A DNA stretch of 64,000 bases, taken from positions 22,980 to 86,979 of IMG/VR virus record IMGVR_UViG_3300042327_000544. The stretch is one strand, 5' to 3'. This DNA is from a virus. Positions 10,625 to 20,752 of the stretch are shown here, piece by piece. How positions within the stretch are numbered: position 1 is the stretch's first letter; each line of letters begins with the position of its first letter. The notes under the pieces were generated by a model that did no database searches, was not told where the DNA came from, and worked only from the letters and a program-made list of their open reading frames with translations. The translations under genes and the position numbers were made by a program.

Positions 10625-11674
10625 TTAAGAAGCAACCTTAACGTTCTTTACAACTACCCAAGCGTCTGCCTGCTCGATCTGAACGCCAACACGAGTATAC
10701 ATTGTGTACTCAATTGTGTCCTTACGTGGCTGGAAGAAGCGGTAGACAGTTACATCACGCTTGATACCAATAACTACGTTATTTGGGAATGTCAAGTGGA
10801 TATCTCCGTGTGAGCCTGATGCTCCTGATTGTGTTCCAGTTTGTGTCTCTGAAAGAAGTGGAACTTCAACAATCGGAATACCGAATGCGAATGGTGCCAC
10901 ATATCCTGCAGGTCCACCTAGTGGTGCAACTCCACCACGGATAACGCTTGAAGCGATATCTTGTGGAATTGTTTGGTTTGTTCCAATGCTGTTAGCATAT
11001 AGGAAATCTTGAATCAAGTTTGATCCAGCAAGGAAGCGAAGGTCTCCACGACGTTGCTTGTACTTACGTGGCATAGCCTTAAGTGCCTTGTTGAATACTT
11101 CACGAGAAACTCCAGCGCCAGCTGCGTCTACGACACGACCTGATGCCTTTGCCTTCTTTACAACGCCATCAAATGACTTGTAAAGTGCGTCTCCTGAAAG
11201 AGCTGTGTCACCGTTAAGAAGAACATCTTCGATGTCGTTTCCTGCCTGTGTTGCCATCAAACGTGCAATGTGATCTTCTAGATCTGCACCTTCGATGTTA
11301 TCTTCTAGAGATTCTGTTGAAAGCTCCCAGTCCATGCGGAGTTTCTTTGTTGTTAAAGAGATTTTTGAGAAAGTTACACCACTGTTTGTTGCGGTGTTGT
11401 CTGCCTCGGTTGCAAGCTTCATAAGCTTCTCACCAACGGACATACGGTCAATCTCGGCTGTGTCTGACTTCATACGAACTGTACGTGCGACCTTACCGAT
11501 AACGGTTGCGTCGAACATATAATCAAGGAAGCGAGCAGACTGTTCTGGGTTAAGAAGTCCGCCGTTGCCATTTTCTGAAGCTACGTGTACTCCTGTTCCA
11601 CCAGTTGCGGAGCCGAATCCTGTTGATAACTGAGTACCAGCGTTTACGGCTTTTTCTAATGTTTCATTGCTCAT
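10625..11674 (-). CDS. Major capsid protein (HK97 fold)
   Basis: GGLLNPEQSARFLD, ELSTESLEDNIEG, NGDT and C-terminal DAWVVVKNVK. Confidence 0.93.
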   Translation of the reverse strand: MSNETLEKAVNAGTQLSTGFGSATGGTGVHVASENGNGGLLNPEQSARFLDYMFDATVIGKVARTVRMKSDTAEIDRMSVGEKLMKLATEADNTATNSGVTFSKISLTTKKLRMDWELSTESLEDNIEGADLEDHIARLMATQAGNDIEDVLLNGDTALSGDALYKSFDGVVKKAKASGRVVDAAGAGVSREVFNKALKAMPRKYKQRRGDLRFLAGSNLIQDFLYANSIGTNQTIPQDIASSVIRGGVAPLGGPAGYVAPFAFGIPIVEVPLLSETQTGTQSGASGSHGDIHLTFPNNVVIGIKRDVTVYRFFQPRKDTIEYTMYTRVGVQIEQADAWVVVKNVKVAS

Positions 11675-11689
11675 TATTTTATACCTACC

Positions 11690-12250
11690 TTAGTTGAATA
11701 TTTCGTTTACGGAACCGAGGAAAGAACCGTTCCATTTAGATTTTTTGATTGTTACTTCTTCTGATCGGCCAAGATCTGAAGACTTCTTAATTGCAGTCTC
11801 TGATTCTACTGCGTCGACACGCTTTTGTACACCATCAATCGTGCTCTTGATGTTATTTACAGCGCTTGAAAGTGCTGTGTGTTGTTCTGCCAACTCTGAA
11901 ATTCTAGCATCTACGCTCTTGCTGAAAGATTCAACAGTCTCTTGGATTGTTGTTACTTGTGCTGCATTTGCTTCAGATGCCTTATTTAGAGTTTCTGAGA
12001 AAAAGCCTTTTAGATCGCCTAACATCTTCGCAAAATCAGGTTCATCAACCTTATCTTCTGATACTTCGGCTGCTTTTTCCAGAGTCTCGGCAGGAACGTC
12101 TTCTGCTACTGCTTCTGCAGGAGCTTCAGCTGGAGCTGCATCATCTGCAACTACTGCTGTATCTTCAACGGCTGTTTCTTCTGCTACTGCTTCGGCTGGT
12201 GCCTCTACTGCAACATCTTCGACAACTACGTTTTCTGTATTATCTGACAT
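11690..12250 (-). CDS. Probable internally initiated scaffold protein
   Basis: Strong RBS GAAGGAGG 8 nt before in-frame ATG (MSDNTENVVVED). Confidence 0.7.
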   Translation of the reverse strand: MSDNTENVVVEDVAVEAPAEAVAEETAVEDTAVVADDAAPAEAPAEAVAEDVPAETLEKAAEVSEDKVDEPDFAKMLGDLKGFFSETLNKASEANAAQVTTIQETVESFSKSVDARISELAEQHTALSSAVNNIKSTIDGVQKRVDAVESETAIKKSSDLGRSEEVTIKKSKWNGSFLGSVNEIFN

Positions 12251-13039
12251 TTCATTACCTCCTTCTGCGTTTGCCTGTTTTGCAATTGTTTGTGTTTCAG
12301 GCAACGTAAATCTTGAGTGCTTATATGCATCAAGAATCTTATCAATCTCTTTTGCTTTGTTAACATCTGAGCTCTCAACCCAACCAATTAGTTGTGCTGG
12401 CTTACCAGAAACTGGTGAGTCATATGTCTTCTCTGTTGAGATAAAAACAGAGTTACTGTCTTCACAGTAAAAGATATTTTCTGTTACTACTTCGGTTGCA
12501 ATTCCTTTAAATATCAATTGGCCATTTACCTTTTGAATAGATAGAACATTGCAAAGCTCATTTGCTGGAGAATCTACAATTGATAATTCAATCAAATCAT
12601 AATCCTTAATAAATCTTACTGTCTTACCATTCGCCTTGTTGACTTCGTTATCAGACTCATTAATCTTTCCGCCGATTGAGAATCCAGATAGGGTGCCGTC
12701 TAGAACCTTTTCCCAAGTATCTTGTGCGCCCTTTGAAATGTATGCTGTTACATAAACTCCGTTATAAAATTCTTTAGTTGCTGGGTCGTAAAAAGTTTCT
12801 GGCTTAAATGAAACCATCTTTCCAACTGCAAGAGATCCGTGCATCTCACGAATGTTCCCACGAAAATTTTCAAATGCTTTTACGCTTGCTTCCGCTGTTA
12901 CAACGTCATTTGTCTGGTCAATATTGTCTAGTGTTGCAAACCCAGAAACCGTTCTCTTTTCACGGTTAACTTTAGTGAAAGGTACAGACAAGTTAATGTC
13001 ATTGCCATGGCTAGTCCATAAAGACTTTTCAATATTCAT
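11690..13039 (-). CDS. Prohead protease fused to acidic scaffold domain
   Basis: HK97-type protease motifs IREMH, GFSIGG, ELSIVDSPAN; Ala/Glu-rich coiled-coil C-terminal half. Confidence 0.9.
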   Translation of the reverse strand: MNIEKSLWTSHGNDINLSVPFTKVNREKRTVSGFATLDNIDQTNDVVTAEASVKAFENFRGNIREMHGSLAVGKMVSFKPETFYDPATKEFYNGVYVTAYISKGAQDTWEKVLDGTLSGFSIGGKINESDNEVNKANGKTVRFIKDYDLIELSIVDSPANELCNVLSIQKVNGQLIFKGIATEVVTENIFYCEDSNSVFISTEKTYDSPVSGKPAQLIGWVESSDVNKAKEIDKILDAYKHSRFTLPETQTIAKQANAEGGNEMSDNTENVVVEDVAVEAPAEAVAEETAVEDTAVVADDAAPAEAPAEAVAEDVPAETLEKAAEVSEDKVDEPDFAKMLGDLKGFFSETLNKASEANAAQVTTIQETVESFSKSVDARISELAEQHTALSSAVNNIKSTIDGVQKRVDAVESETAIKKSSDLGRSEEVTIKKSKWNGSFLGSVNEIFN

Positions 13040-13092
13040 ATGCTTAATTTTAGCGACTTATAGATAAAAAGGCAAATAACAGTTGAGTAGAG

Positions 13093-14676
13093 TTAGTCAA
13101 CCTGTCTTCCGTCGCCCTTGGCATTTCGTCCTTCTCCAGAATTATCTGGGGCGTTTGCCTGTCGGTCTTGGGATCTTTGTCTGGTATTTCCAGCTTGGGC
13201 TGTTTGCTCTGCGGCATCCTGACCCTTCAAATCTACCACTTCGTCTCCGCCTTCAAGAGGAATCATACCCTTTCTAATTCGAACTTCATTAGGGGTAATT
13301 ACTTGCATTCTTAAATATCTTTCGTCAATCTTAGACTGGGTATCTTCGTCAGTAAGAGTTAACTCATTAAATTTAAGGGTTAGCGCATCTGTCTTTTCCT
13401 CAAATATTTTATTTAATTTTTTCTCTAAAATCATTTGTGCTGGGCGGCAAACCTGCTCTTTAAATGTTTTATCGGCATCTCTTGCTACTGCTAAATTAAC
13501 TCCCTCTGGGGTTCCAATTTTATTAATTGGGACACGGTGGGCCAGCAGGATTTCATCTCTATTTGATTTGCGATAAACATTAAATGAAGATTCCTGTGGG
13601 TTAGCCTCAACTGGTTCCATTTTAAATTCGGTTTTTGAGTCTGGGGTGTCTCCTGGAAGTGGAATATATAGAGATCTGTGGTTCTTGCCCTTAAGTCCAA
13701 CTTGGAAAAATTCAAGCAATTTGCGCTCTGACTCTGGAGAAAGCTTTGCTCCCTTTACTGTAATGATATATCTTGGGACCGCTTTGTTTTCAAAGTAATC
13801 AAGGTTATATCTTCCAGACAATTCGTTACCCGCCAAAGAAACCTGGGCTGCAATAATATCTGCAACTCCGTAGTAGTTGTTCATTGGGGTATACTTTTTT
13901 AAATGAATAATTTCATTTGGGCGATCTTCTTGTCCCGCAATTGGGTTCTCTGTTTCTGAGTCTCCAAAGTTGTTAAAGAATACTGCCTTTCCGTAAAGCA
14001 ATTGAATAAAGCCATCTCTTAGTCTACGCACACGCATAGTCTTTGCGGGGATATGCCCGATATATCCGATATTTCCAGCAGTGGTTCTACCTACTTCAAT
14101 GTAGCCATTTCCAGTTGCTTCGTAGTCTGTAAATACCTTAATTAATGTTTGAGTAAATGTATCTTCATCATTTGTTGTATCAAGCCACGCATGAAGATCC
14201 TGTCTTAATTTGCTTAGCTTTCTACGTGCTCTTTCAAGAGACTTATCATCTGTAAGTGAATCAATAGCATCATTTGTTTTCTTTGTTTCTATAAAATCAT
14301 ATCCTAGCCCGACAATGTTTGCCACCTTGGCATTAATTGCTGCATAGTTGTATGTTGAAATCTCATATACTTTTGAAAGATACTCTAGGTTGTATGGAGG
14401 TTCTATCAAGTCAAACATTGCATAGCCAGTAATTGCTTGTGCCAATAGATTTTGCTGTGTTCCAGTTTCTTCTCGGCCAGTGAACGACTTAGAAAATTCT
14501 CTATTTATCTTACGCTTAAACGAAGATCCTAGGCCTCTAACCTTTTTAAGATCCTCTAGGCCTGCCAAAAATGGATCGGTTGTTGTTTCATTTTTTTCTA
14601 GCGAGAACCAGTCTGCGTTATTTGAAATGTTAATTATATTTTCTGAGTTGTCTTCATCAAGAAATTCTGCGCTCAT
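13093..14676 (-). CDS. Portal protein
   Basis: DYEATGNGYIEV, EIIHLKKY..NYYGV, ILLAHRVP, ITPNEVR motifs. Confidence 0.93.
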   Translation of the reverse strand: MSAEFLDEDNSENIINISNNADWFSLEKNETTTDPFLAGLEDLKKVRGLGSSFKRKINREFSKSFTGREETGTQQNLLAQAITGYAMFDLIEPPYNLEYLSKVYEISTYNYAAINAKVANIVGLGYDFIETKKTNDAIDSLTDDKSLERARRKLSKLRQDLHAWLDTTNDEDTFTQTLIKVFTDYEATGNGYIEVGRTTAGNIGYIGHIPAKTMRVRRLRDGFIQLLYGKAVFFNNFGDSETENPIAGQEDRPNEIIHLKKYTPMNNYYGVADIIAAQVSLAGNELSGRYNLDYFENKAVPRYIITVKGAKLSPESERKLLEFFQVGLKGKNHRSLYIPLPGDTPDSKTEFKMEPVEANPQESSFNVYRKSNRDEILLAHRVPINKIGTPEGVNLAVARDADKTFKEQVCRPAQMILEKKLNKIFEEKTDALTLKFNELTLTDEDTQSKIDERYLRMQVITPNEVRIRKGMIPLEGGDEVVDLKGQDAAEQTAQAGNTRQRSQDRQANAPDNSGEGRNAKGDGRQVD

Positions 14677-15014
14677 CTTAACCCCTTTAGCTTTTTCATT
14701 TCGTCCTTATAGTTACCGATATCAAATGGATCAGGAACTAGTCCCCAATCGAGTCTTTGTTTTTGGTGCTCAAATTCTTCATCATCAATTTTCCTTCTAG
14801 CGGAAAGAAATTTAGGCCCGCCTTCGTATATGCCGAACGTGCGAACTTCTCTAGCCAAAGCATCGATGTTGGCTCTATTTCCTTTTTTGGACGTGATCGA
14901 AAGAAAGTTCCCATCATCATCTCCAATCCATCTGCCATCTGGCATTTCCCAGACATAGATGCCAAGTATCGACTCTTCTTCAAGAATCTTGCTATTCGTT
15001 CTGTTAATATCCAT
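14673..15014 (-). CDS. Hypothetical protein upstream of portal
   Basis: Overlaps portal start; own -10 element upstream. Confidence 0.7.
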   Translation of the reverse strand: MDINRTNSKILEEESILGIYVWEMPDGRWIGDDDGNFLSITSKKGNRANIDALAREVRTFGIYEGGPKFLSARRKIDDEEFEHQKQRLDWGLVPDPFDIGNYKDEMKKLKGLR

Positions 15015-15076
15015 ATGACTTTATTTTACCATTATTGTCTACTCAAGTCCAGCTTTTTGTCAACCCATGTGACAAA

Positions 15077-16849
15077 TTATTGGTTTTGAAGCACAATCCA
15101 GTCGTTGTCATAAAACTCAACGGAATTTTCTGTCAATGTCATGGACGAATCATCTGCTATTGTCGCTGATCTTCCAATATGCATGTTGTAATTAGATAAT
15201 GCCATGGGGGCTGAGAAGGTTGCTGGGTAGTAAGAAATGTATTGGTATAGGCTGGAAGGCCCACCTGTTGATGTATGGTTAAATAGTATCTCTCCACCAA
15301 TTGCCCCGTTTGTTGCAATTATAACGTGATAAAGCTCGTTTGCGGTAAATACAGAACTTATATTTGTCTGAGATGTCTTGTCTACACCATTAACATAAAT
15401 AGCAGATATATTAGATTTAGTAATAGTTCCATTTGTAGCCCAAGAGTATCCTGCTGATACAAAATCTCCATTTGCCGTACTTGATAAAATAGAATTTGAG
15501 GTTAGCTCTGATAGGGTTAAAAAGAACTCTATGGTCCTAATTGATTCTGCGGTATTTATTTTAAATCCCGATCCTCCCGCCGTTGTTAATCCATTTAGCT
15601 TTTGTCTAGACAAAATAGGATATGCAACCCTTCCTAGAGTAATGTCTTTTGATGTAAATCCCGCTGTGCCTTCTATCGTATAAATATAATCAGGGTTACT
15701 TATTGAATAAAGAATTTGGTCTTTGTAGAAGCACAGTAGCAGGCTATATAATCTTGGGATAAATTTAGTTGTATCTGATGAGGTAAATGTTATCTCAAGA
15801 TAAAGGGTTCTTTCAGAGCTAAATGATCCCAATCTAAATTGAGGAATTGCTCCTCCATTAACACATGCTTGCCATGTTGACCCATCTGTGGAAGTTCTTA
15901 CAGAGACCCCATTGTCGCCGTTCCACTCTATCTTAGAGGAGTCTAAGTCGAATCCCGCAGGAATTCCTATAGCATCTACGACAACTACGCTCTTAGAGGC
16001 TGCAGAGGCCGTTTTCTTAATTTCTAAACATTTCTCTTCTGTGTTATAAACTAAATCTTCTGAGGCAAAAATTTCTAGGGGCTTTTTGGCGGGATAAGCA
16101 AAATTAAATTGCTTGCTTACGCTATCATCATATATTTCAAACAAGGTCCCGCCGCTTGGGTATGAAACCTGAAAAGGAGATGTTGTCCCAGAGTAGTTGA
16201 AGTGTTCTATAATTTTATCTAAGCCTAGGGCATACCTATATACTGCTGGGGCATCTACAATAAATGAATCTGCTGAATTTCCAGTTGGCCCTAATTTTAA
16301 TGTAATTGTTTCATTAGTAAACTTATAATTATTTAAAGACTTGCTTACTGCAAATTTGCCATCTACGTATAAAGACATTTCTGAAATAGAGTATGTGGCT
16401 ACAATATGATGAGATTGGCTTATATTAGGTAAAGTATAATCAAGTCTTTCCGCCTCAAGTTTAAATACTATGTTTCCCTTTTCATAAAAAATACCAACAT
16501 TTTTTGTTGAGTCTGCAAATATAGTTGTCAATCCAGATGTTGTAATCTTAGGGTATATCCAAACTTCTAGGGAGAACTCATTATCTGATGAATTGCTATC
16601 TGCAAATCCGCCGTCGGCGGTAGATCCATAATAGTCTTTAGTTACGGGTAATGTAATATACTTAGTATTAGTTATAAGAGAGCCATTTGCTCCGCCTGAA
16701 ACAAGTGGGATTAATCCAGTAGTTAGTCCGCCTGAATAAGTTCCGCTATTTCCACACCCAGAGACATCTGAAGCGATAGTACCTGAAGACTCATCCAATG
16801 GCCAAAAACCAATTGGGTAGTCATTAATTAACTTTAGATGATAGCTCAT
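15077..16849 (-). CDS. LamG/concanavalin-A domain virion protein
   Basis: PIGFWPLDESSGT, FSLEVW, HHIVATY..LYVDG. Confidence 0.8.
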   Translation of the reverse strand: MSYHLKLINDYPIGFWPLDESSGTIASDVSGCGNSGTYSGGLTTGLIPLVSGGANGSLITNTKYITLPVTKDYYGSTADGGFADSNSSDNEFSLEVWIYPKITTSGLTTIFADSTKNVGIFYEKGNIVFKLEAERLDYTLPNISQSHHIVATYSISEMSLYVDGKFAVSKSLNNYKFTNETITLKLGPTGNSADSFIVDAPAVYRYALGLDKIIEHFNYSGTTSPFQVSYPSGGTLFEIYDDSVSKQFNFAYPAKKPLEIFASEDLVYNTEEKCLEIKKTASAASKSVVVVDAIGIPAGFDLDSSKIEWNGDNGVSVRTSTDGSTWQACVNGGAIPQFRLGSFSSERTLYLEITFTSSDTTKFIPRLYSLLLCFYKDQILYSISNPDYIYTIEGTAGFTSKDITLGRVAYPILSRQKLNGLTTAGGSGFKINTAESIRTIEFFLTLSELTSNSILSSTANGDFVSAGYSWATNGTITKSNISAIYVNGVDKTSQTNISSVFTANELYHVIIATNGAIGGEILFNHTSTGGPSSLYQYISYYPATFSAPMALSNYNMHIGRSATIADDSSMTLTENSVEFYDNDWIVLQNQ

Positions 16850-16905
16850 AATTCCATTATACTATATTTAAAGGCTTACTACTCAAGCCCTTCATTGCCT
16901 AGCTT

Positions 16906-17232
16906 TTAAACTACTTCTACCCCAGAAACCATAATGCTTACTCCGCCAGCAACATTTGCTGATGCCCAGATAGATTCTCCAGCGTTAACAATTAGCGTAG
17001 TCTCTGTTGATTTTGATGTGTTTTCTGCAAGAAGGACGTCGCCGAAGATTCTATTTGATAGACCTGGTGTTTGTCCACTTGGAACTAAATAAAGGCTAAA
17101 GGCAATTGGGCCATTAAATGTGTTGGCCGTAAATATGCTCTTAACAATAGCCTTGTTAGTAAATGATTTTAGATTTGAGTTTGTTGTGCTTAGAAGAACT
17201 GGCCCAATAAATCTTGATGGATTATATGCCAT
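16906..17232 (-). CDS. Small beta-rich tail appendage protein (paralog of 22341..22658)
   Basis: Shared PSRF N-terminus and VSGVEV/ISGVKI C-terminus. Confidence 0.6.
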   Translation of the reverse strand: MAYNPSRFIGPVLLSTTNSNLKSFTNKAIVKSIFTANTFNGPIAFSLYLVPSGQTPGLSNRIFGDVLLAENTSKSTETTLIVNAGESIWASANVAGGVSIMVSGVEVV

Positions 17233-17240
17233 TTTATCTC

Positions 17241-17954
17241 CTAGCTAATTGCCCATTTAGAAATAAGATCTCTTTCGATTGAGATATATTCACCCACGGT
17301 AAGGGCTCTGTTGTAAATAAGTAATTCGCCAATCTTAAATGCTCCAAATGTTGCGGAGTATCTTCCTATTACTTGACCTGTCATACTTGTAAGCCCGCCT
17401 GAAGATGCACCGACTGCAACGTCAGTTCCATTTCTTCTAACTCTACGTGAGTTATCAGCATTGCTGTAAACAAGCGTGTAAACTTCTGGTGTTCCTGATA
17501 GCCCTACTGGAACAATAGCATTTTGATCATCGTTGCCAAAACCAAACTTAAATGTGTTTGAAGATACGTATCCAGCAATAAGATTATTTCTTGTTCCTGA
17601 GTTTGTTCCGCCAATTACATAGGTATTTGCATTTGCTGGCTTTGAGGCTACGTAGATTACTGTAAATGAGGATGATGATATCCATGACAGTGTTTGATCT
17701 GAGAATGGTAAAAAGTCATCTACGCCATCAAAGTTAATTGCTGGAAGTCCTGCTATACCTGTTGCTTGAAATGTTGGTTGTGCTGCTGCAGTTGCTTGAA
17801 CGCAATGTCTAGCCAAACCAGACTTGTCATTCCATTGAGAAACTTTTCCAAGACCATCTCTTGTAATTGTAGATGGAAGAGCCGCATCTAGCCATAGCTG
17901 CAATCCAGACAAGCTAAATCTATTTCTTCTAAAAATAATGTTATTACTAAGCAA
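17241..17954 (-). CDS. LamG-like lectin-fold receptor-binding candidate
   Basis: LQLWLDA, VSQWNDKSG, FDGVDD, IGELLIYNRAL. Confidence 0.75.
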   Translation of the reverse strand: MLSNNIIFRRNRFSLSGLQLWLDAALPSTITRDGLGKVSQWNDKSGLARHCVQATAAAQPTFQATGIAGLPAINFDGVDDFLPFSDQTLSWISSSSFTVIYVASKPANANTYVIGGTNSGTRNNLIAGYVSSNTFKFGFGNDDQNAIVPVGLSGTPEVYTLVYSNADNSRRVRRNGTDVAVGASSGGLTSMTGQVIGRYSATFGAFKIGELLIYNRALTVGEYISIERDLISKWAIS

Positions 17955-18402
17955 TTGGGTCTTCCTCCATTATTTTTTCTAGCTCTACTAATGGTCTCTT
18001 AGGCCATGTAATTTCGGATACATCTTTGCTATTCTTTAAAGAAGAAATCTTCTTTCTGTACTCTTTCCATTCAGCAAGAGACTTCTTGTCCATATCTGGG
18101 TCTGTCTCTACCCATGCTGTAGACATTAGCTCAAAGCCAATATGTGCATTTACGTTATCTGCTTTTTCTTCGTCTGACATCTTCTGTACTTCTACTGAGT
18201 ATACCTTGCCATCTTTAATAAATGGTTCACAAGGTACAATCTTTTCTTGGAAGTCATCGAACTCTGGTGTTGCTACTTCTAGCAACCCGTTTTCTTTTGC
18301 AAATTCCTTTTCATCTATTGATTGAGGAATAGATACATTAGGAAAGAGTTGGGATAGTGCGCCGACAGCGACTACTTTTTTGTCTTCTACTATGGCGTAC
18401 AT
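17947..18402 (-). CDS. Tail fibre assembly chaperone-like (paralog of 27936..28436)
   Basis: C-terminal WKEYRKKI...ITWP motif. Confidence 0.65.
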   Translation of the reverse strand: MYAIVEDKKVVAVGALSQLFPNVSIPQSIDEKEFAKENGLLEVATPEFDDFQEKIVPCEPFIKDGKVYSVEVQKMSDEEKADNVNAHIGFELMSTAWVETDPDMDKKSLAEWKEYRKKISSLKNSKDVSEITWPKRPLVELEKIMEEDPIA

Positions 18403-18412
18403 ATTATCTCCT

Positions 18413-18859
18413 TTAAACGTTTAAATCAGCGAATGCGTATGCACCGAATATTGTTGTGCCACCGTCTCTTGTCATAAAGTTAAGAACGGTTGTATTTGTA
18501 GATAGAAGTGGTGCTACGTTAGAAGCTCCTCCACCATCCCACTTAATTGATGCTGGCCATGTAACTGTATAGCTACCACCAGTTTTAATTTCTAGTTGCC
18601 AGAATTGTGCTTTTGGCTCTGTTCCTGTTGCTGGAATATTGCTAAATGCTACTGTGCAGTTTCCGCCTGCAACCATCTTAAATACGTTTGCTAGTGCTAC
18701 GTCGCATGTTGCAACTCCTGAAGCTGCAATTGTTCCAAGATCTAGCTGTGCTGATGGCACATTAAGATATGGACGTGCTTGTCCGTTAAGAGGTGCTTGA
18801 AGGTATGTGTATGTCCAAAGACCTGGGGTTACCTGTTGAGGTACGCTTGTTATTGGCAT
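18413..18859 (-). CDS. Tail fibre beta-domain protein (paralog of 28436..28816)
   Basis: GGSYTVTWPASIKW...LNFMTRDGGT. Confidence 0.65.
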   Translation of the reverse strand: MPITSVPQQVTPGLWTYTYLQAPLNGQARPYLNVPSAQLDLGTIAASGVATCDVALANVFKMVAGGNCTVAFSNIPATGTEPKAQFWQLEIKTGGSYTVTWPASIKWDGGGASNVAPLLSTNTTVLNFMTRDGGTTIFGAYAFADLNV

Positions 18860-18861
18860 TT

Positions 18862-19143
18862 TTATTCCTCCTCTTGAGCACGTAGAGGTGGCAAAGACTC
18901 TGGTCTTGGTCCCTTAGTCTCAGATTCATCCTCATCCCATGCTTCTTGTGCTGCTGTTACTGAAGCAATTGCCTCATCATGCTCAATTACCATGATCTCA
19001 CGATCTGTCTTTCCTGGATATTTATCCACAACTACTCCGTTGACTAGGCTAAATCTATGAATTAGATTTGTTTCAACAACTTCATGATCCCCATCTACGT
19101 CAATTGCGACAACATTTTGTGGTCCACAGAACTTTATTTTCAT
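18862..19143 (-). CDS. Hypothetical protein
   Basis: RBS and tight operon spacing. Confidence 0.6.
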   Translation of the reverse strand: MKIKFCGPQNVVAIDVDGDHEVVETNLIHRFSLVNGVVVDKYPGKTDREIMVIEHDEAIASVTAAQEAWDEDESETKGPRPESLPPLRAQEEE

Positions 19144-19159
19144 TTTTTTCTCCTTTTCC

Positions 19160-20743
19160 TTACGGGTTGTTCCAATGAGGCATACTTACAATATGCGGAT
19201 ATTGGGTTGTATTTGAATGTGTATCAAATTGATAGTGAGTTACTACGTTGTATGGCTGTAGGTCTCCGCCAAACGATAGCGGTGTTCCGTCAGTTCTTCT
19301 TAGATTTTTACCTGCTGATCCTGGATCTACAATATATAAATGTGGGCCCGCATCTTGTCCATTTTGAGCTGAGTAAATTGATATAAATTTATCTTCCTTA
19401 AATGGAACAATTGCTGTACCTTGAGATCCGTCTGTGTTTCTAAACCAGAACAGTTTTGTAGGGTCATAAGTATTAATTATATGACAGTTTATTCCGTTTG
19501 AGTAATAGTGATATACAGAATAAATTGCAAGCCATTCATTGTCCCATGTTATATTATGCTTTTGTCCATACCATGTTTCAGACTGATCGATGCCATAAGA
19601 TGTTGTGTTAGCTAGGTTGATTTCAGTATCTGTAAAAGTTCCAATTCCTGAGCTACCCGCTGTTCCTTGAGAGGATGGGTTCCAGTATCCGTATCTTTGT
19701 GCGTAACCGTCGTGGTTAAATCTTCCAAATCCGACTAATCCACTGTCTCCCATTACAAGCTTCATGTGGTAAGAAGGCTCGGCTCTTGTAGATCCTGCCT
19801 GTGCCCATGTGAAATCATAAAATGCGTAATTCTTTGCTGTGCTTAGATGATTGCCTGCTGTAGGACCTGCAGCTTTTGCCTCTGATAGGAACTTGTGAAG
19901 TGTTCCAGGCTTGTGTCCAAAACCATTTAAACTAACTGATGTGTTTCTCCAGACGTGTAAACGAATTGCATTTGCGGTAGTTGATTCTGCAACTGCAAGC
20001 ATATTAGTTCTATCGTTGTAAGATGACATTCCCATGTTTGAACGGCCAGCCCATGTTGCATAGGTTGCTGAGTTTAAATCAACTCTGTCAATATATCCGT
20101 TGGCCATGCCTCTAAATCTAACTTGAAATTCTGAGCTATTTGAATAATGACTTACACGCTGTCTTACTCCCTTAACTCCAATAATTGTTCCACATCTATT
20201 TAAGTACTGATTTTGATTATCTGCTCTATTAAACCAGTTACCAGCAAATCCACCGTGCAGGCATGGTCTGTAAATTAAATGTCCGTCTGCTGACTGGTTA
20301 CATGTTGCTCCGCCAAAATATGTAGTTACAGTGCTTGTACCGTGATTGCCGTTTGTATATGAGTATCCTCTGAAGTCTTCATACCAGTTAGGCATGTTAT
20401 CTAGAGATGGGTTCTGATAGCTACCAAACCATCCTGGCATAGCATTTGAACCAATTGATTGATAGTCGGAGTTAATAATATTAAAACCAGCCTTTGTATC
20501 ATTGTTCTGGTTTGTCCAAATAGCAAATGTTGGGAATGGAGAAACTTCTGTATTGTTTCTTGATATAACAGGTGATGCTTCTTTATTTCCAATTATTGCA
20601 ATCTGTGAAGCAATAGTTGTTGAGGTTGCTGTTACAGCAACGTTATTTGCATTTGCAATTGGAGTAATAATTGCAGCTATTGCTGCTTCAAGACCTGGAT
20701 GAATTATCTGCGAAGTGGTTGTTGCTGTTGTATTTGTTGTCAT
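19160..20743 (-). CDS. Putative virion appendage protein, tandem paralog 2
   Basis: Collinear similarity with 20753..22315 (WYEDFRG, ATWAGR.N.GMSSYNDRT, NTTQYPHI..MPHW). Confidence 0.7.
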   Translation of the reverse strand: MTTNTTATTTSQIIHPGLEAAIAAIITPIANANNVAVTATSTTIASQIAIIGNKEASPVISRNNTEVSPFPTFAIWTNQNNDTKAGFNIINSDYQSIGSNAMPGWFGSYQNPSLDNMPNWYEDFRGYSYTNGNHGTSTVTTYFGGATCNQSADGHLIYRPCLHGGFAGNWFNRADNQNQYLNRCGTIIGVKGVRQRVSHYSNSSEFQVRFRGMANGYIDRVDLNSATYATWAGRSNMGMSSYNDRTNMLAVAESTTANAIRLHVWRNTSVSLNGFGHKPGTLHKFLSEAKAAGPTAGNHLSTAKNYAFYDFTWAQAGSTRAEPSYHMKLVMGDSGLVGFGRFNHDGYAQRYGYWNPSSQGTAGSSGIGTFTDTEINLANTTSYGIDQSETWYGQKHNITWDNEWLAIYSVYHYYSNGINCHIINTYDPTKLFWFRNTDGSQGTAIVPFKEDKFISIYSAQNGQDAGPHLYIVDPGSAGKNLRRTDGTPLSFGGDLQPYNVVTHYQFDTHSNTTQYPHIVSMPHWNNP

Positions 20744-20752
20744 TTTTTCTCC

